Both the position numbers and the translations under genes were made by a program. This document shows positions 28,695 to 38,817 of a DNA stretch of 64,000 bases, piece by piece. The notes beneath the pieces are model-generated. The model ran no database searches. It saw only the letters and a program-made list of their open reading frames with translations, and was not told the origin of the DNA. How positions within the stretch are numbered: the stretch's first letter is position 1; each line of letters begins with the position of its first letter. Source of the DNA: Acidimicrobiia bacterium (GTDB lineage Bacteria > Actinomycetota > Acidimicrobiia > IMCC26256 > JAGNEX01); assembly GCA_018003035.1 (NCBI GenBank), contig JAGNEX010000002.1, positions 67,895 through 131,894 of the forward strand, given 5' to 3'.

Positions 28695-29269
28695 GCACTG
28701 CCATGGCGCAAACAATGCGCTACGACGACGATGCGTTGCTCACGCCTGCGAACCTGATCTCGCTGGCCCGAATGGTTCTCGCCGGGCCGTTCGTCCTGGC
28801 AATGCTCGAGTGGAAAGACAGCTGGCTCAATCTCGGGCTTTGGGTCATTTTGAGCGTCTCTGACGGGGTCGATGGTTGGCTCGCTCGACGTCAAGGACCA
28901 ACGAAGAGCGGTGCCTTCTTGGACCAGCTCGCCGACAAGGTTCTGACCGTCTCGGCGTTTTGGGCGCTTGTCTCGATCGGCACCTTTTCGATGCTGCCGG
29001 TGTTGTTGATCACCGTACGGGAAGTCGGTATAGCCCTGTACCGGACCGCGGTGGGCACCACAAAGGGTGTCAGCCTGCCTGCGCAGTGGCCCGGCAAGCT
29101 CAAGACAGCGCTTCAGACGATGGTGATTGGATGGGCCCTCGCTCCGCCACTGGCCGACGAAGAGGGTGTCTTGCAGTTTCTGCTGTGGGCTGCGGTCGCC
29201 CTGACGTGGTACTCCGGCCTCCTCATCCTCGGCGCTCGCTGGACGTCCCTCCATCGAACCGCGCCGTAG
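28691..29269 (+). CDS. pgsA: CDP-diacylglycerol--glycerol-3-phosphate 3-phosphatidyltransferase
   Basis: CDP-alcohol phosphatidyltransferase motif DGVDGWLARRQGPTKSGAFLDQLADK in a 192-aa membrane protein. Start overlaps the rimO stop. Confidence 0.88.
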   Translation: MSTAMAQTMRYDDDALLTPANLISLARMVLAGPFVLAMLEWKDSWLNLGLWVILSVSDGVDGWLARRQGPTKSGAFLDQLADKVLTVSAFWALVSIGTFSMLPVLLITVREVGIALYRTAVGTTKGVSLPAQWPGKLKTALQTMVIGWALAPPLADEEGVLQFLLWAAVALTWYSGLLILGARWTSLHRTAP

Positions 29270-29318
29270 CAACTTCGTGGTCGGCAGAGATCGGTCTCGG
29301 TACTGAAAGGAAACGCAG

Positions 29319-30575
29319 ATGCGCGTCGATGTTCTTGCTATCGGTACCGAACTGTTGCTTGGTCAGATAGTCGATTCGAACACTGCCTGGCTGGGCGAAC
29401 AGCTGGCAGCCGTCGGCATCGACACCTTTCGATCCGTCCGAATCGGCGACAACCACGATCGGATGGTGCAAGAACTGCGTGCCATGGCCGAGCAGGCGGA
29501 TGCGCTGATCTGTTGTGGCGGGCTCGGACCAACCCAAGACGATTGCACGCGGTCAGCCTTGGCCGATGCCATGGGCGTTCCGCTGGTCCGCCGCCAGGAG
29601 TTAGTTGCTCACATCGAGAGTCTGTTTGCTGGGCGAGGACGCCCGATGCCGGATTCCAACCTCCTCCAAGCTGATGTGCCCGATGGCGCCGCGGTTATCC
29701 CCAATCCGCTTGGCACCGCGCCAGGGATTCAGGGTGACGTAACCCGGTCCGATGGGTCCAAGATCCCTATCTATGCCCTTCCCGGGGTGCCCTATGAGAT
29801 GCACGAGATGTTTACCGCCTCGGTGCTTCCCGACTTGCTCGGTCGCCAAGGCGAACGCCGGGTCATCGTGTCGAGGACACTCAAAACCTGGGGTACTAGC
29901 GAGTCAGGACTGGCCGAGTCGATCGCCGACATCGTGGATGCCCAGACCAATCCAACGATCGCTTTCCTCGCTCGGGGGATCGAGGGCATTCAGGTGCGGC
30001 TCACGGCGTCGGCGCCAGATGTTGACGGTGCGCTCCGCTTCATCGAGCCCGTCCAGGTCGAGATCGAGGATCGGCTTGGACCACTCGTCTACGCACATGA
30101 TGACGAGACTATGGAGTCCCAGGTGCTCGCGTTGTTGTCCGAGCGTGGCTGGAAGGTCGCGGTGGCGGAATCGTTGACCGGGGGTCTGGTCTGCTCCCGC
30201 CTCGTCGGAGTGCCGGGAGCCGGCAGAGCTTTCGTCGGAGGAATGGTCACGTACGCAACCGAGATAAAGCGGGGAGCGCTCGGTGTTACCGCGACCGATG
30301 TCATTTCCGACGAATGTGTGCTGCAGATGGCCGAGGGCATCAGAGCGGGTATGGACGTTGAGGTCGGTATTGCCGTGTCCGGTGTTGCCGGACCGGACCG
30401 CCAGGATGGGCACCCTGTTGGCGAGGTCCATTTCGGCATCGTGACTCCCCACGGAAGCGTGGCGTACTCGCGTTTGATGCCTGGTGACCGCGAACGCATA
30501 CGAAGCTTCTCGGCGATCACCCTGTTGGATACGCTCCGCCGCACGCTTTCGGATTTGTCGACACCTAATGCTTGA
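29319..30575 (+). CDS. cinA: CinA family protein (MoCF-like domain plus nicotinamide-nucleotide amidohydrolase PncC domain)
   Basis: N-terminus MRVDVLAIGTELLLGQIVDSNTAWL; C-terminal ESLTGGL motif. Classical position upstream of recA. Confidence 0.9.
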   Translation: MRVDVLAIGTELLLGQIVDSNTAWLGEQLAAVGIDTFRSVRIGDNHDRMVQELRAMAEQADALICCGGLGPTQDDCTRSALADAMGVPLVRRQELVAHIESLFAGRGRPMPDSNLLQADVPDGAAVIPNPLGTAPGIQGDVTRSDGSKIPIYALPGVPYEMHEMFTASVLPDLLGRQGERRVIVSRTLKTWGTSESGLAESIADIVDAQTNPTIAFLARGIEGIQVRLTASAPDVDGALRFIEPVQVEIEDRLGPLVYAHDDETMESQVLALLSERGWKVAVAESLTGGLVCSRLVGVPGAGRAFVGGMVTYATEIKRGALGVTATDVISDECVLQMAEGIRAGMDVEVGIAVSGVAGPDRQDGHPVGEVHFGIVTPHGSVAYSRLMPGDRERIRSFSAITLLDTLRRTLSDLSTPNA

Positions 30576-30577
30576 TC

Positions 30578-30589
30578 GAACGTTTGTTC
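30578..30589. promoter_or_regulatory. LexA (Cheo-type) SOS box upstream of recA
   Basis: tcGAACgtttGTTCgg is a perfect GAAC-N4-GTTC with TCGAAC/GTTCG flanks. It lies 3 nt after the cinA stop and about 190 nt upstream of the recA GTG. Confidence 0.75.
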
Positions 30590-30779
30590 GGCGCTACTCT
30601 GCGTTTGGCGGCGAGGCTTTTTGAGGTGACCTTGTGCCCGCTCGACGACGTTCGGCTGCGGTCCTGGATTCACTGTCACACCTCGTCTCTACGATCACTT
30701 CCAAGCGTTCCAACACGGAGCGCTCGTCGCGGCCGGGCGGTCGCCTGAAGAGCAACTCACCTTTTTTTAAGGAGCAAAA

Positions 30780-31829
30780 GTGGAACGCCAACAAGCTCTC
30801 GACATGGCCCTGAACCAAATTCAAAAGCAATTTGGCAAGGGATCGATCATGAAACTGGGCGATCGCGGCGCGGTCAACATCGACGCCATCCCGACCGGAG
30901 CACTGTCGCTGGATATCGCTTTAGGAGTCGGGGGCCTTCCCCGGGGACGTATCGTCGAAATTTTCGGACCGGAATCGTCTGGTAAGTCGACGCTGGCAAC
31001 GCATGTCGTCGCAGAAGCCCAGCGCAACGGGGGAACGTGCGCCTATATCGACGCGGAGCATGCCCTCGACCCTGTCTATGCCAAGGCGATCGGGGTCGAT
31101 ATTGACCAGCTTCTGATCTCGCAGCCCGATACGGGGGAACAGGGCCTCGAGATCGCCGACATGCTGATCCGGTCGGGCGCACTCGATGTCGTGGTCATCG
31201 ACTCGGTCGCGGCGTTGGTGCCAAGGGCGGAAATCGAAGGCGACATGGGCGATACCCACGTCGGGCTTCAGGCACGTTTGATGAGTCAGGCGCTCCGCAA
31301 GCTCACCGCCAACCTCAACCGTTCCCGGACGGTTGCTGTCTTTATCAACCAGCTACGAGAAAAGATCGGCGTCATGTTCGGCAGCCCCGAAACGACGCCG
31401 GGTGGTCGTGCGCTCAAGTTCTATTCCTCGGTCCGTATCGATGTGCGTCGCATCGAATCGATTAAGGACGGGCCCGAAGTCGTTGGTAACAGGGTCCGCG
31501 CCAAGGTGGTCAAGAACAAGACCGCCCCACCCTTCCGGCAAGCCGAGTTCGACATTATGTATGGCGAGGGGATCAGCCGCGAAGGCTCTGTGCTGGACCT
31601 GGCAGTCGATCTTGACGTCGTGAAGAAGGCGGGGGCTTGGTACACCTACGAAGGTGAACAGCTCGGTCAGGGACGTGAGAACGTCAAGCGCTTCTTGCGA
31701 GAGTCGCCCGAACTCATGGTTGAGATTTCCGAGAAGGTCCGCGCCGAATCGGGCCTAACGGGCACGCCCGAAGATGCTGACGAACTCGAACAGGTCGACG
31801 CTGGAGCCGACGTCGAAGGCGAGCTTTAG
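30780..31829 (+). CDS. recA: Recombinase A
   Basis: [28 protein letters not shown] and Walker [18 protein letters not shown] 5 nt before the GTG. No intein. Confidence 0.97.
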   Translation: MERQQALDMALNQIQKQFGKGSIMKLGDRGAVNIDAIPTGALSLDIALGVGGLPRGRIVEIFGPESSGKSTLATHVVAEAQRNGGTCAYIDAEHALDPVYAKAIGVDIDQLLISQPDTGEQGLEIADMLIRSGALDVVVIDSVAALVPRAEIEGDMGDTHVGLQARLMSQALRKLTANLNRSRTVAVFINQLREKIGVMFGSPETTPGGRALKFYSSVRIDVRRIESIKDGPEVVGNRVRAKVVKNKTAPPFRQAEFDIMYGEGISREGSVLDLAVDLDVVKKAGAWYTYEGEQLGQGRENVKRFLRESPELMVEISEKVRAESGLTGTPEDADELEQVDAGADVEGEL

Positions 31830-31953
31830 CTAGACGCACTTGGGGGTTGGCGCGGCCAACGCGTCAACCCTGCCAGGTCTGGACGGTGTCTTGGCCTTTG
31901 ACCGGCGCCTCTGTGCAGAATCTGGCGGACGCTCCTCGGGTCGGAACGGCCTT

Positions 31954-32601
31954 CTAGCCGTTCCCTGCTTCGGTCGTGGGTGATGAGCCGATCGAGTCGA
32001 GGAAGCTTTTTTCGAGTCCACACTGGTTGTCGGCCGCGACCCTGAACTCAAGAAGCGCCGTGCCGAGCAGGTTTGGCCATTCCGGATCACCGCTGAGTTC
32101 GAGGCGAAGCGACGGGGTGTAAGCCTGCATCACGTTGGATTCGATCAGGTCGATTGAATCCAACAGGTCTTCGGGGGCGGTACGCCGGATCGTGTCGAAG
32201 AACTCATTCCAGCCAGCAAGGGTTGCCTCTGCGCTGACCGGCAGTTCCTCAACGGTCGTGCTGGTCAAAGCGGAAAGCGACTCGTCGACGGGTGCTGCCG
32301 GAATGGTGGCAATCGTCGAAACATCCACGAACCTGCCGTTGGCCAGATCAATCAGCGTCTGACAGAACGGGTCATCTGAGGACTCAAGCTCGGGCGCCAG
32401 GGGCTGGAGGGTTGTCGAAGGCGTCTCGGGAACACCGAACGGGTCATCAGTGTCGACCCGGCCGACGTCGTCGGCGCCCGTTGTTGTCGAGGTAGCGGCG
32501 GCTGCGTCGCCCTTGTCCTCCTTGTCGTCGTTGCTGCACGAGGCCAAAAGTGCGAGGCAAAGCAGTGCGGTCACGAACTGACGCCAGAGGGAGATCTTCA
32601 T
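31954..32601 (-). CDS. Hypothetical lipoprotein
   Basis: From ATG at 32601: MKISLWRQFVTALLCLALLASC (lipobox LLASC), then an acidic/Thr linker. The 385-aa ORF in the track extends antisense into miaB and is trimmed here. Confidence 0.65.
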   Translation of the reverse strand: MKISLWRQFVTALLCLALLASCSNDDKEDKGDAAAATSTTTGADDVGRVDTDDPFGVPETPSTTLQPLAPELESSDDPFCQTLIDLANGRFVDVSTIATIPAAPVDESLSALTSTTVEELPVSAEATLAGWNEFFDTIRRTAPEDLLDSIDLIESNVMQAYTPSLRLELSGDPEWPNLLGTALLEFRVAADNQCGLEKSFLDSIGSSPTTEAGNG

Positions 32602-32703
32602 GCGGGCGAGTTTAGGAGGGGTCGTGGCAAGAGTCGCATCTCCTGTGAGCGCGCCTTTCCGCCACGGTCCCTGGAGGAATCCCAAGGGTGCCACGTCGGT
32701 ACA

Positions 32704-34101
32704 ATGCAACTCGTGACGAGGCGCTACCACATAAAGACGTTCGGCTGTCAGATGAACGAGCACGATTCCGAGCGGATCGCCGGCATGCTCGAAGCCGACG
32801 GAATGGAGGCGGTTGACGACATCGCCCAAGCAGATGTCGTCGTCATGAACACCTGCTGCATCCGGGAGAACGCCGACAACCGTTTCTATGGTCATCTGGG
32901 CGAGTTGAAGGCTCAGAAAGCGGCGAACCCAGACCTGCAGATAGCGGTGGCCGGCTGCCTTGCCCAAAAAGACCGCGAGTCGATCGTTGAGCGCGCCGGG
33001 CACGTCGACGTTGTCTTCGGAACCCACAATCTGCACCGAGCCTCTGACCTCTTGAAAGAAGCGAGGGCATCTGGTGGGACCATCGTCGAGATTCTTGAAG
33101 AACAGGAACACGACGAGTTCCCCTCGGCCCTTCCGACCCGACGTGAGTCATCGTTTGCGGCGTGGGTGACGATTCAGATCGGCTGTGACAACAGTTGCGC
33201 CTTCTGCATCGTGCCTCAGGTACGTGGGCGTGAGATCTCCCGCCGCATGGGCGACATCGTTGCCGAAGTCGGCGAGCTCGCCCGCGATGGAGTGTCCGAA
33301 ATCACCCTCTTGGGTCAGAACGTCAACTCGTACGGCCGCGACCTCGGCGCTGGCCAGTACTCGCCACGTTTCGCAGACCTGTTGCGGGCGGTCAACGATG
33401 TCCCCGGAATCCGTCGAGTTCGGTATACCTCGCCGCACCCCAAGGATCTGCGCCTCGAAACCATCGAAGCGATGGCCGAATGCGAAAACGTCTGCGAACA
33501 CCTGCACCTTCCGTTGCAGTCCGGGAGCGACAGGATCCTCGCTCGGATGCATCGCGGATACACAGCTGAGCGATACCTCGAACGCCTGACCGCGGCTCGT
33601 GAAGCAATGCCCGAGCTGGCCGTCACCACCGACATCATCGTCGGTTTTCCAGGCGAGACCGAGGCCGATTTCCAGCAGACCCTCGAAGTAGCAGCGGAAG
33701 GTGATTTTGACGGTGCGTACACCTTCGTATACTCCTCCCGGCCAGGGACGGAAGCCGCGGCCTGGGTCGACGAGATGCTGCCGGCGTCGGTGACGGGTGA
33801 GCGAATGGAGCGGCTCGTTTCCATTATTCGGGCATCGAGCGCTCGCCGCCACGCGGCGTATGTGGGCTCGACGCAGGAGCTGCTCATCGAAGGTCCCTCA
33901 AAGCGCGATCCGGCTCGGCTGACCGGGCGAACGCGCTCGCACAAGGTGGTCCATTTGGACGGTCGCGACGGTCTGCGGGCCGGCAGCTATGTCCGTTCGA
34001 CCATCACCAAGGCGTTCTCTCACTATCTCGAAGCTCAAATCGACGAGGTGCTCTCAATCCCGGCAGCGACTCGGGTGCGAATCCCCCTTAGCGTCGTGTG
34101 A
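32704..34101 (+). CDS. miaB: tRNA-2-methylthio-N6-dimethylallyladenosine synthase
   Basis: YHIKTFGCQMNEHDSE N-terminal MTTase motif, radical-SAM CDNSCAFCIVP, and a TRAM C-terminus. Confidence 0.92.
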   Translation: MQLVTRRYHIKTFGCQMNEHDSERIAGMLEADGMEAVDDIAQADVVVMNTCCIRENADNRFYGHLGELKAQKAANPDLQIAVAGCLAQKDRESIVERAGHVDVVFGTHNLHRASDLLKEARASGGTIVEILEEQEHDEFPSALPTRRESSFAAWVTIQIGCDNSCAFCIVPQVRGREISRRMGDIVAEVGELARDGVSEITLLGQNVNSYGRDLGAGQYSPRFADLLRAVNDVPGIRRVRYTSPHPKDLRLETIEAMAECENVCEHLHLPLQSGSDRILARMHRGYTAERYLERLTAAREAMPELAVTTDIIVGFPGETEADFQQTLEVAAEGDFDGAYTFVYSSRPGTEAAAWVDEMLPASVTGERMERLVSIIRASSARRHAAYVGSTQELLIEGPSKRDPARLTGRTRSHKVVHLDGRDGLRAGSYVRSTITKAFSHYLEAQIDEVLSIPAATRVRIPLSVV

Positions 34102-35066
34102 CACAACTCAATCGCCCTATCCTCGCGGGTATCGTGGGTCCGACCGCTCTCGGAAAATCGCGCCTGGCCATGGACCTCGCCAAGGCCGCTGGCAACGCCT
34201 CGATTCTGTCGACCGACTCCATGCAGGTGTATCGAGGCATGGATATTGGGACAGCGAAGCCGACCCCGGACGACCGGATTCTCGTCCGGCACTACGGGAT
34301 CGATGAAGCCGATCCATGGGACAGCTGGACGGTCACTCGGACGCAAGAAGTCGCGTCGGCGTGCCTCGCAAAAACTGCGGCCGACGGTGACGAGTGCATT
34401 GTCGTCGGCGGAACCGGACTGTATTTCCATGCCGTGATCGACAACTTCGAGGTCCCGCCCGCCGCTGAAGCCGAAAGGCGACTGCTTTCCGATCAGGCTG
34501 CAACGGCCGAAGGCCTCGTGAGGCTCTACCAACGGCTTGAACAGCTCGATCTCAGCGCAGCGTCCAAGATTGAACCAAATAACGAACGGAGGATCGTCAG
34601 GGCGCTGGCTGTCATCGCATCAACCGGTCGGCCCTTCTCGTCATTCGGGCCCGGCGTTGCAGACTTCTCGGCTGGCCTCGGTACTCCGAAGACCGCCGCC
34701 GAGCGATCGACGCCTTGTTTGATTGGCTTGACGGCCACTGCTGAGACTCGCGCCATGCAGATCGCCGAGAGAATCGACCAGATGATGGACCTGGGTTGGT
34801 TACAGGAAGTCGAGCGGCTGCTCGCAGGTCCCAAGCCGTCAGCGACCGCGTGGCAAGCGATTGGTTACCCCGAGCTGGCGGCAGTCATCACGGGCGAACA
34901 CACCATCTCCGACGCTATCGAGGCCATCAACTCCCGAACGCGGCGCTTTGCGCGCCGGCAGATTGCCTGGTTCCGTCGCGACCCGCGGATTAGGTGGTTC
35001 GACGTCGACGATTTCGCTTCGAAGGATTCGTTGACCTCCGCGGTGCTCGACTTTGTCCGCATCTGA
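34098..35066 (+). CDS. miaA: tRNA dimethylallyltransferase
   Basis: P-loop IVGPTALGKS and LSTDSMQVYRGMDIGTAKPT. GTG 34098 overlaps the miaB stop. Confidence 0.92.
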   Translation: MTQLNRPILAGIVGPTALGKSRLAMDLAKAAGNASILSTDSMQVYRGMDIGTAKPTPDDRILVRHYGIDEADPWDSWTVTRTQEVASACLAKTAADGDECIVVGGTGLYFHAVIDNFEVPPAAEAERRLLSDQAATAEGLVRLYQRLEQLDLSAASKIEPNNERRIVRALAVIASTGRPFSSFGPGVADFSAGLGTPKTAAERSTPCLIGLTATAETRAMQIAERIDQMMDLGWLQEVERLLAGPKPSATAWQAIGYPELAAVITGEHTISDAIEAINSRTRRFARRQIAWFRRDPRIRWFDVDDFASKDSLTSAVLDFVRI

Positions 35067-35106
35067 GCGCCAAAGCGCGAGACATGTGGCGCGGTTACAG
35101 GGAAGA

Positions 35107-36009
35107 ATGGCGGACATGACGCCAGCCCAAGATGCCCCGGTCCGCCGCCTGGGCTTGTCGAAATACGAAGCGACAGCCAACGACTTCCTGGTTGTCGACG
35201 ACCTCGATCGCACACTGGACGGTTGCGACTTGGCCGGCGTTGCTCGTGCCGTCTGCGACCGGCATGTCGGGATCGGTGCCGATGGTCTCATCCGGATGTT
35301 GCCACCCACGGAGGCGGAGTCTGACTGCAGCATGGAACTCCACAACGCGGACGGCTCGCGAGCGGAGATGTCTGGCAACGGGATCCGAACCCTCGCTCTG
35401 GCGGCGCGTCGCAAGGGGCTTGGAACAGAACACGAGTTGCGGGTGGACACAGACGCTGGGCTGAAGACCATTACGTTTGCTGAGGCCGTATCGCCTGCAA
35501 AGGCCGCTTCGGGACAAGCGGTCGAGTCGACAGTCGCAATGGGCGAACCGACTTTCGACCCTGCCGAAATCCCCTTTACCGGCGACCTGCCGATCGAGGT
35601 TGAGCTAGATGGCAAGGTCGTGTCGGGGATTCCGGTCGGGATGGGTAATCCACATCTGGTCCTCTTCGTCGACGACCCCAGCGCAGTCGATCTCGACCTA
35701 CATGGTGCTGTCCTCGAGCACGACGAACGATTTCCGAGGCGAACCAACGTTGAGTTTGTTCGTGTAACGGATGGCGATCTGGAGCTGAGAGTGTGGGAGC
35801 GGGGAGCGTCGGAGACCCTCTCCTGCGGCACAGGTGCGTGCGCCAGCGCGGCGGCGGCCCATCGAATGGGTCGCATAGGCACTAGTTCGAATGTGAACGT
35901 GCCCGGCGGGCGGCTGTCTGTGCGTCTCGATGGCACTGCTTTCCTGACCGGACCAGCCCGCTGGATTGCCGATATCGAAATACTCATGCCTGGAGCAGCA
36001 GATGACTGA
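35107..36009 (+). CDS. dapF: Diaminopimelate epimerase
   Basis: GNDFLV-type N-terminus (ATANDFLVVDD), catalytic Cys motifs EMSGNGIR and SCGTGA. Start chosen at ATG 35107. Confidence 0.9.
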   Translation: MADMTPAQDAPVRRLGLSKYEATANDFLVVDDLDRTLDGCDLAGVARAVCDRHVGIGADGLIRMLPPTEAESDCSMELHNADGSRAEMSGNGIRTLALAARRKGLGTEHELRVDTDAGLKTITFAEAVSPAKAASGQAVESTVAMGEPTFDPAEIPFTGDLPIEVELDGKVVSGIPVGMGNPHLVLFVDDPSAVDLDLHGAVLEHDERFPRRTNVEFVRVTDGDLELRVWERGASETLSCGTGACASAAAAHRMGRIGTSSNVNVPGGRLSVRLDGTAFLTGPARWIADIEILMPGAADD

Positions 36010-37459
36010 CCAACGTGATCACGTGCGACCGGTGGCAGGTGACGACGATGACGCCTGGGGAGACGAAGAGAACGTCCGTTTGGTGAACACCGCTGGCGAG
36101 GCCCTACCTGACCGAGGAGCGAGCGATGCGCCTGAGGACGACGGGGGATCGAGCGGAGCCCACGTTCACCGAACAGGCAAGCGCCTTACCGCGTCTGAAA
36201 CCGATTTCGATGTTGTCCGACAGAAGGCCTTTCTGGTGGCGCTCGCTCCTCCGGGGACGACCGATGCGGACGTCGAGGAATTACTGGACGAACTAGCCCT
36301 CCTGGTCGATACCGCAGGGGCCGACGTGGTTGGCCGCAGCGTCCAGCGGCGCGCTCACCCCGACCCGGCCACGTTCATCGGACCAGGCAAGGTCGAAGAA
36401 CTGGCCTTTGCCACCCAGGAACTCGACGTCGATTTGGTTGTCTTTGACGACGAACTGAGCCCCGCTCAGACCCGCAACCTGGAGCAATCCTTCAAAACCG
36501 ACGTGGTAGACCGCTCCGCGGTCATCCTCGACATCTTTGCTCAACACGCAACCAGTCGGGCTGGAATGTTGCAGGTAGAACTGGCCCAGCTGCGGTACCT
36601 GCTGCCGCGTCTGCGGGGCAAGGGCGCACAGATGAGCCGGCTCGAAGGTCGCATCGGCACCCGCGGTCCTGGTGAAAGCAAGCTCGAAGTCGATCGTCGG
36701 CGGATCTTGCGACGGATCACCCGACTCGAAGGAGACATCCGCTCCCTGGAACGGGTGCGGGCAACGCAACGAAAGGCTCGCGAACGTTCGGGCGTACCAA
36801 CGGTCGCCCTCGTCGGCTACACCAACGCTGGGAAGTCGTCGTTGCTCAATCGGATGACCGGTGCCGACGTGCTCACCGAGAACCGTCTGTTTTCGACACT
36901 CGACCCGACCGTTCGTCGGCTCGAAGTTCCCGGTGTTGGCGTCGTGCTGTTGGCCGACACGGTCGGTTTCGTTCGAAAGTTGCCGCACCAGTTGGTCGCG
37001 GCATTCAGATCCACTTTGGAAGTCGTCAAAGAAGCCGACGTGTTGGTGCATGTCGTCGACGGATCCTCGCTCCACGCGGCGCATCACATCGCTGCTGTCG
37101 AGTCGGTGCTTTCGGACCTAGATACCGGCGATCAGCCGCACCTGATCGTCGCCAATAAGGCGGATCGGGCGACCGCCCTTTCCCGGTCAGCGCTTGAGTC
37201 TGAGATGGCAGACGACGTCATTTGGGTAAGCGCGCTCTCCGGTGATGGGGTTGACGGCTTGCGTGGTCAGATCATTGAACAGGTTCGCCGTTTGCGTCCG
37301 GCCGAGAGCTTCTGGATTCCGTGGAGCCGCGGCGATGTCCTCGCCTCGCTGCACCGCGACGGTGAGGTGCTCGTCGCCGTTCACGAAGAGGAAGGGGCAC
37401 GCGTACAGGCCCGTCTTCCCGACGACGCGGCGCCCCGCTACCGCGAGTTCATGGTGTAG
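36002..37459 (+). CDS. hflX: GTPase HflX
   Basis: GPGESKLEVDRRRI HflX N-domain motif and G-domain GYTNAGKSSLLN, DTVGF, NKAD. An acidic N-terminal extension of about 90 aa. ATG 36002 overlaps the dapF end by 8 nt. Confidence 0.9.
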   Translation: MTDQRDHVRPVAGDDDDAWGDEENVRLVNTAGEALPDRGASDAPEDDGGSSGAHVHRTGKRLTASETDFDVVRQKAFLVALAPPGTTDADVEELLDELALLVDTAGADVVGRSVQRRAHPDPATFIGPGKVEELAFATQELDVDLVVFDDELSPAQTRNLEQSFKTDVVDRSAVILDIFAQHATSRAGMLQVELAQLRYLLPRLRGKGAQMSRLEGRIGTRGPGESKLEVDRRRILRRITRLEGDIRSLERVRATQRKARERSGVPTVALVGYTNAGKSSLLNRMTGADVLTENRLFSTLDPTVRRLEVPGVGVVLLADTVGFVRKLPHQLVAAFRSTLEVVKEADVLVHVVDGSSLHAAHHIAAVESVLSDLDTGDQPHLIVANKADRATALSRSALESEMADDVIWVSALSGDGVDGLRGQIIEQVRRLRPAESFWIPWSRGDVLASLHRDGEVLVAVHEEEGARVQARLPDDAAPRYREFMV

Positions 37460-37572
37460 TTCCCGCTCTACTCGGTTGCGGGTGCGTTCCCGGGGAGCTT
37501 CCCCAGCCGCTTTCGGCCCAGGGGCTCAGCGCGCAGCCGTGTTGGAAGGAGCCTCGCCGCTAACCTTGCGGC

Positions 37573-38736
37573 GTGTCAGATTCCGGTTTTGTGCCGCCGC
37601 CTTATCCGTACGACAAGCTCAACGAATTGAGACGCGTCGCGTCGAACGTTGCGCCGGGTTGCATCGACTGTTCCGTCGGGACGCCGTTTGATCCGATGCC
37701 GGACGTGGCCCGGGACGCTGCTGTCGCCGGTCTCGCTAAAGGCCAGACCTACCCTCCGAGTATCGGGGAACTCGATTTCCGTGAAGCGGCGGTGGGGTGG
37801 ATGCAGCGTCGACTCGGTGTCACTGTCGATGCTCGGTGGGTGGCCGCAGGCATCGGGGCCAAAGAGCTGGTGGCGGGGCTGCCTCACTGGCTGAGCCTCC
37901 GTTCACCTCGAAAACGCACGGTGTTGCATCCTGCCGTTTCGTATCCCTCGTACGCAATGGGTGCCGAACTCGCGGGCTGCCGGGCCGTGGGTGTGCCCGC
38001 TGACGAGGATTGGCACCTCGACTTCGAGAGTATTTCTGACCAGGACGCCGACGATGCCCTGCTCCTCTGGATCAACGAACCCGGCAACCCCACCGGCAGC
38101 AGTGTGGACGCAGCATGGATGGAACGCTGTGTCCGTTGGGCGCGCGAGCGAGACATCTTGGTCGTCAGTGACGAGTGTTACATCGAATTCTGCTTCCCGC
38201 CGGCAGGTCAGGCGTTGACGCCGAGCGGGCAATGGCCGGCCGGGGTCTCGGCGATGGCCGAAGGAAACTCGGGCGTACTCAGCGTTCACTCGCTGTCGAA
38301 GCGGTCGAATCTTGCGGGCATGAGGGCTGCGTTCTACGCCGGTGATCCTGATGTCGTCCTCTACCTGGCTGAAGTGCGTAAGCACGCCGGAATGATGACT
38401 CCGTTTCCAACTCAACGCGCCGCGACCGCTGCCCTGCTCGATGATCGACACGTCGACGAACAACGTGCGCGATACGCAGCACGTCGGACACTGATGATCG
38501 AGGCACTCAAGGGGACTCCGCTACGGCATCAAGGCGGCGATGCGACGTTCTACCTTTGGGTGTCCTCTGAGACCCAGTCCGATGGGTGGGAGTTAGCTCG
38601 GCGCTTCGCGGAGCTGGGGGTACTCGTTTCTCCGGGCGACTTCTATGGCCCACAGGGTGCGCCGTACGTTCGGATCGCTCTGGTCCAACCCCTTGACCTT
38701 TTGGAACTGGTCGCGGAACGCCTCGCCAACTGGTAG
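37573..38736 (+). CDS. dapC: Succinyldiaminopimelate aminotransferase (class I PLP aminotransferase)
   Basis: 387-aa fold-type I aminotransferase with PLP lysine motif SLSKRSNLAGMR. Adjacent to dapD and dapE. The function is inferred from context. Confidence 0.7.
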   Translation: MSDSGFVPPPYPYDKLNELRRVASNVAPGCIDCSVGTPFDPMPDVARDAAVAGLAKGQTYPPSIGELDFREAAVGWMQRRLGVTVDARWVAAGIGAKELVAGLPHWLSLRSPRKRTVLHPAVSYPSYAMGAELAGCRAVGVPADEDWHLDFESISDQDADDALLLWINEPGNPTGSSVDAAWMERCVRWARERDILVVSDECYIEFCFPPAGQALTPSGQWPAGVSAMAEGNSGVLSVHSLSKRSNLAGMRAAFYAGDPDVVLYLAEVRKHAGMMTPFPTQRAATAALLDDRHVDEQRARYAARRTLMIEALKGTPLRHQGGDATFYLWVSSETQSDGWELARRFAELGVLVSPGDFYGPQGAPYVRIALVQPLDLLELVAERLANW

Positions 38737-38817
38737 GCCGCGCCGACCGAGCCGTTTTTACCCCGAGAAGGTTTGCAGGGTTCAACACCTGCAAACCCAC
38801 ACCACACAGGAGGCCAC

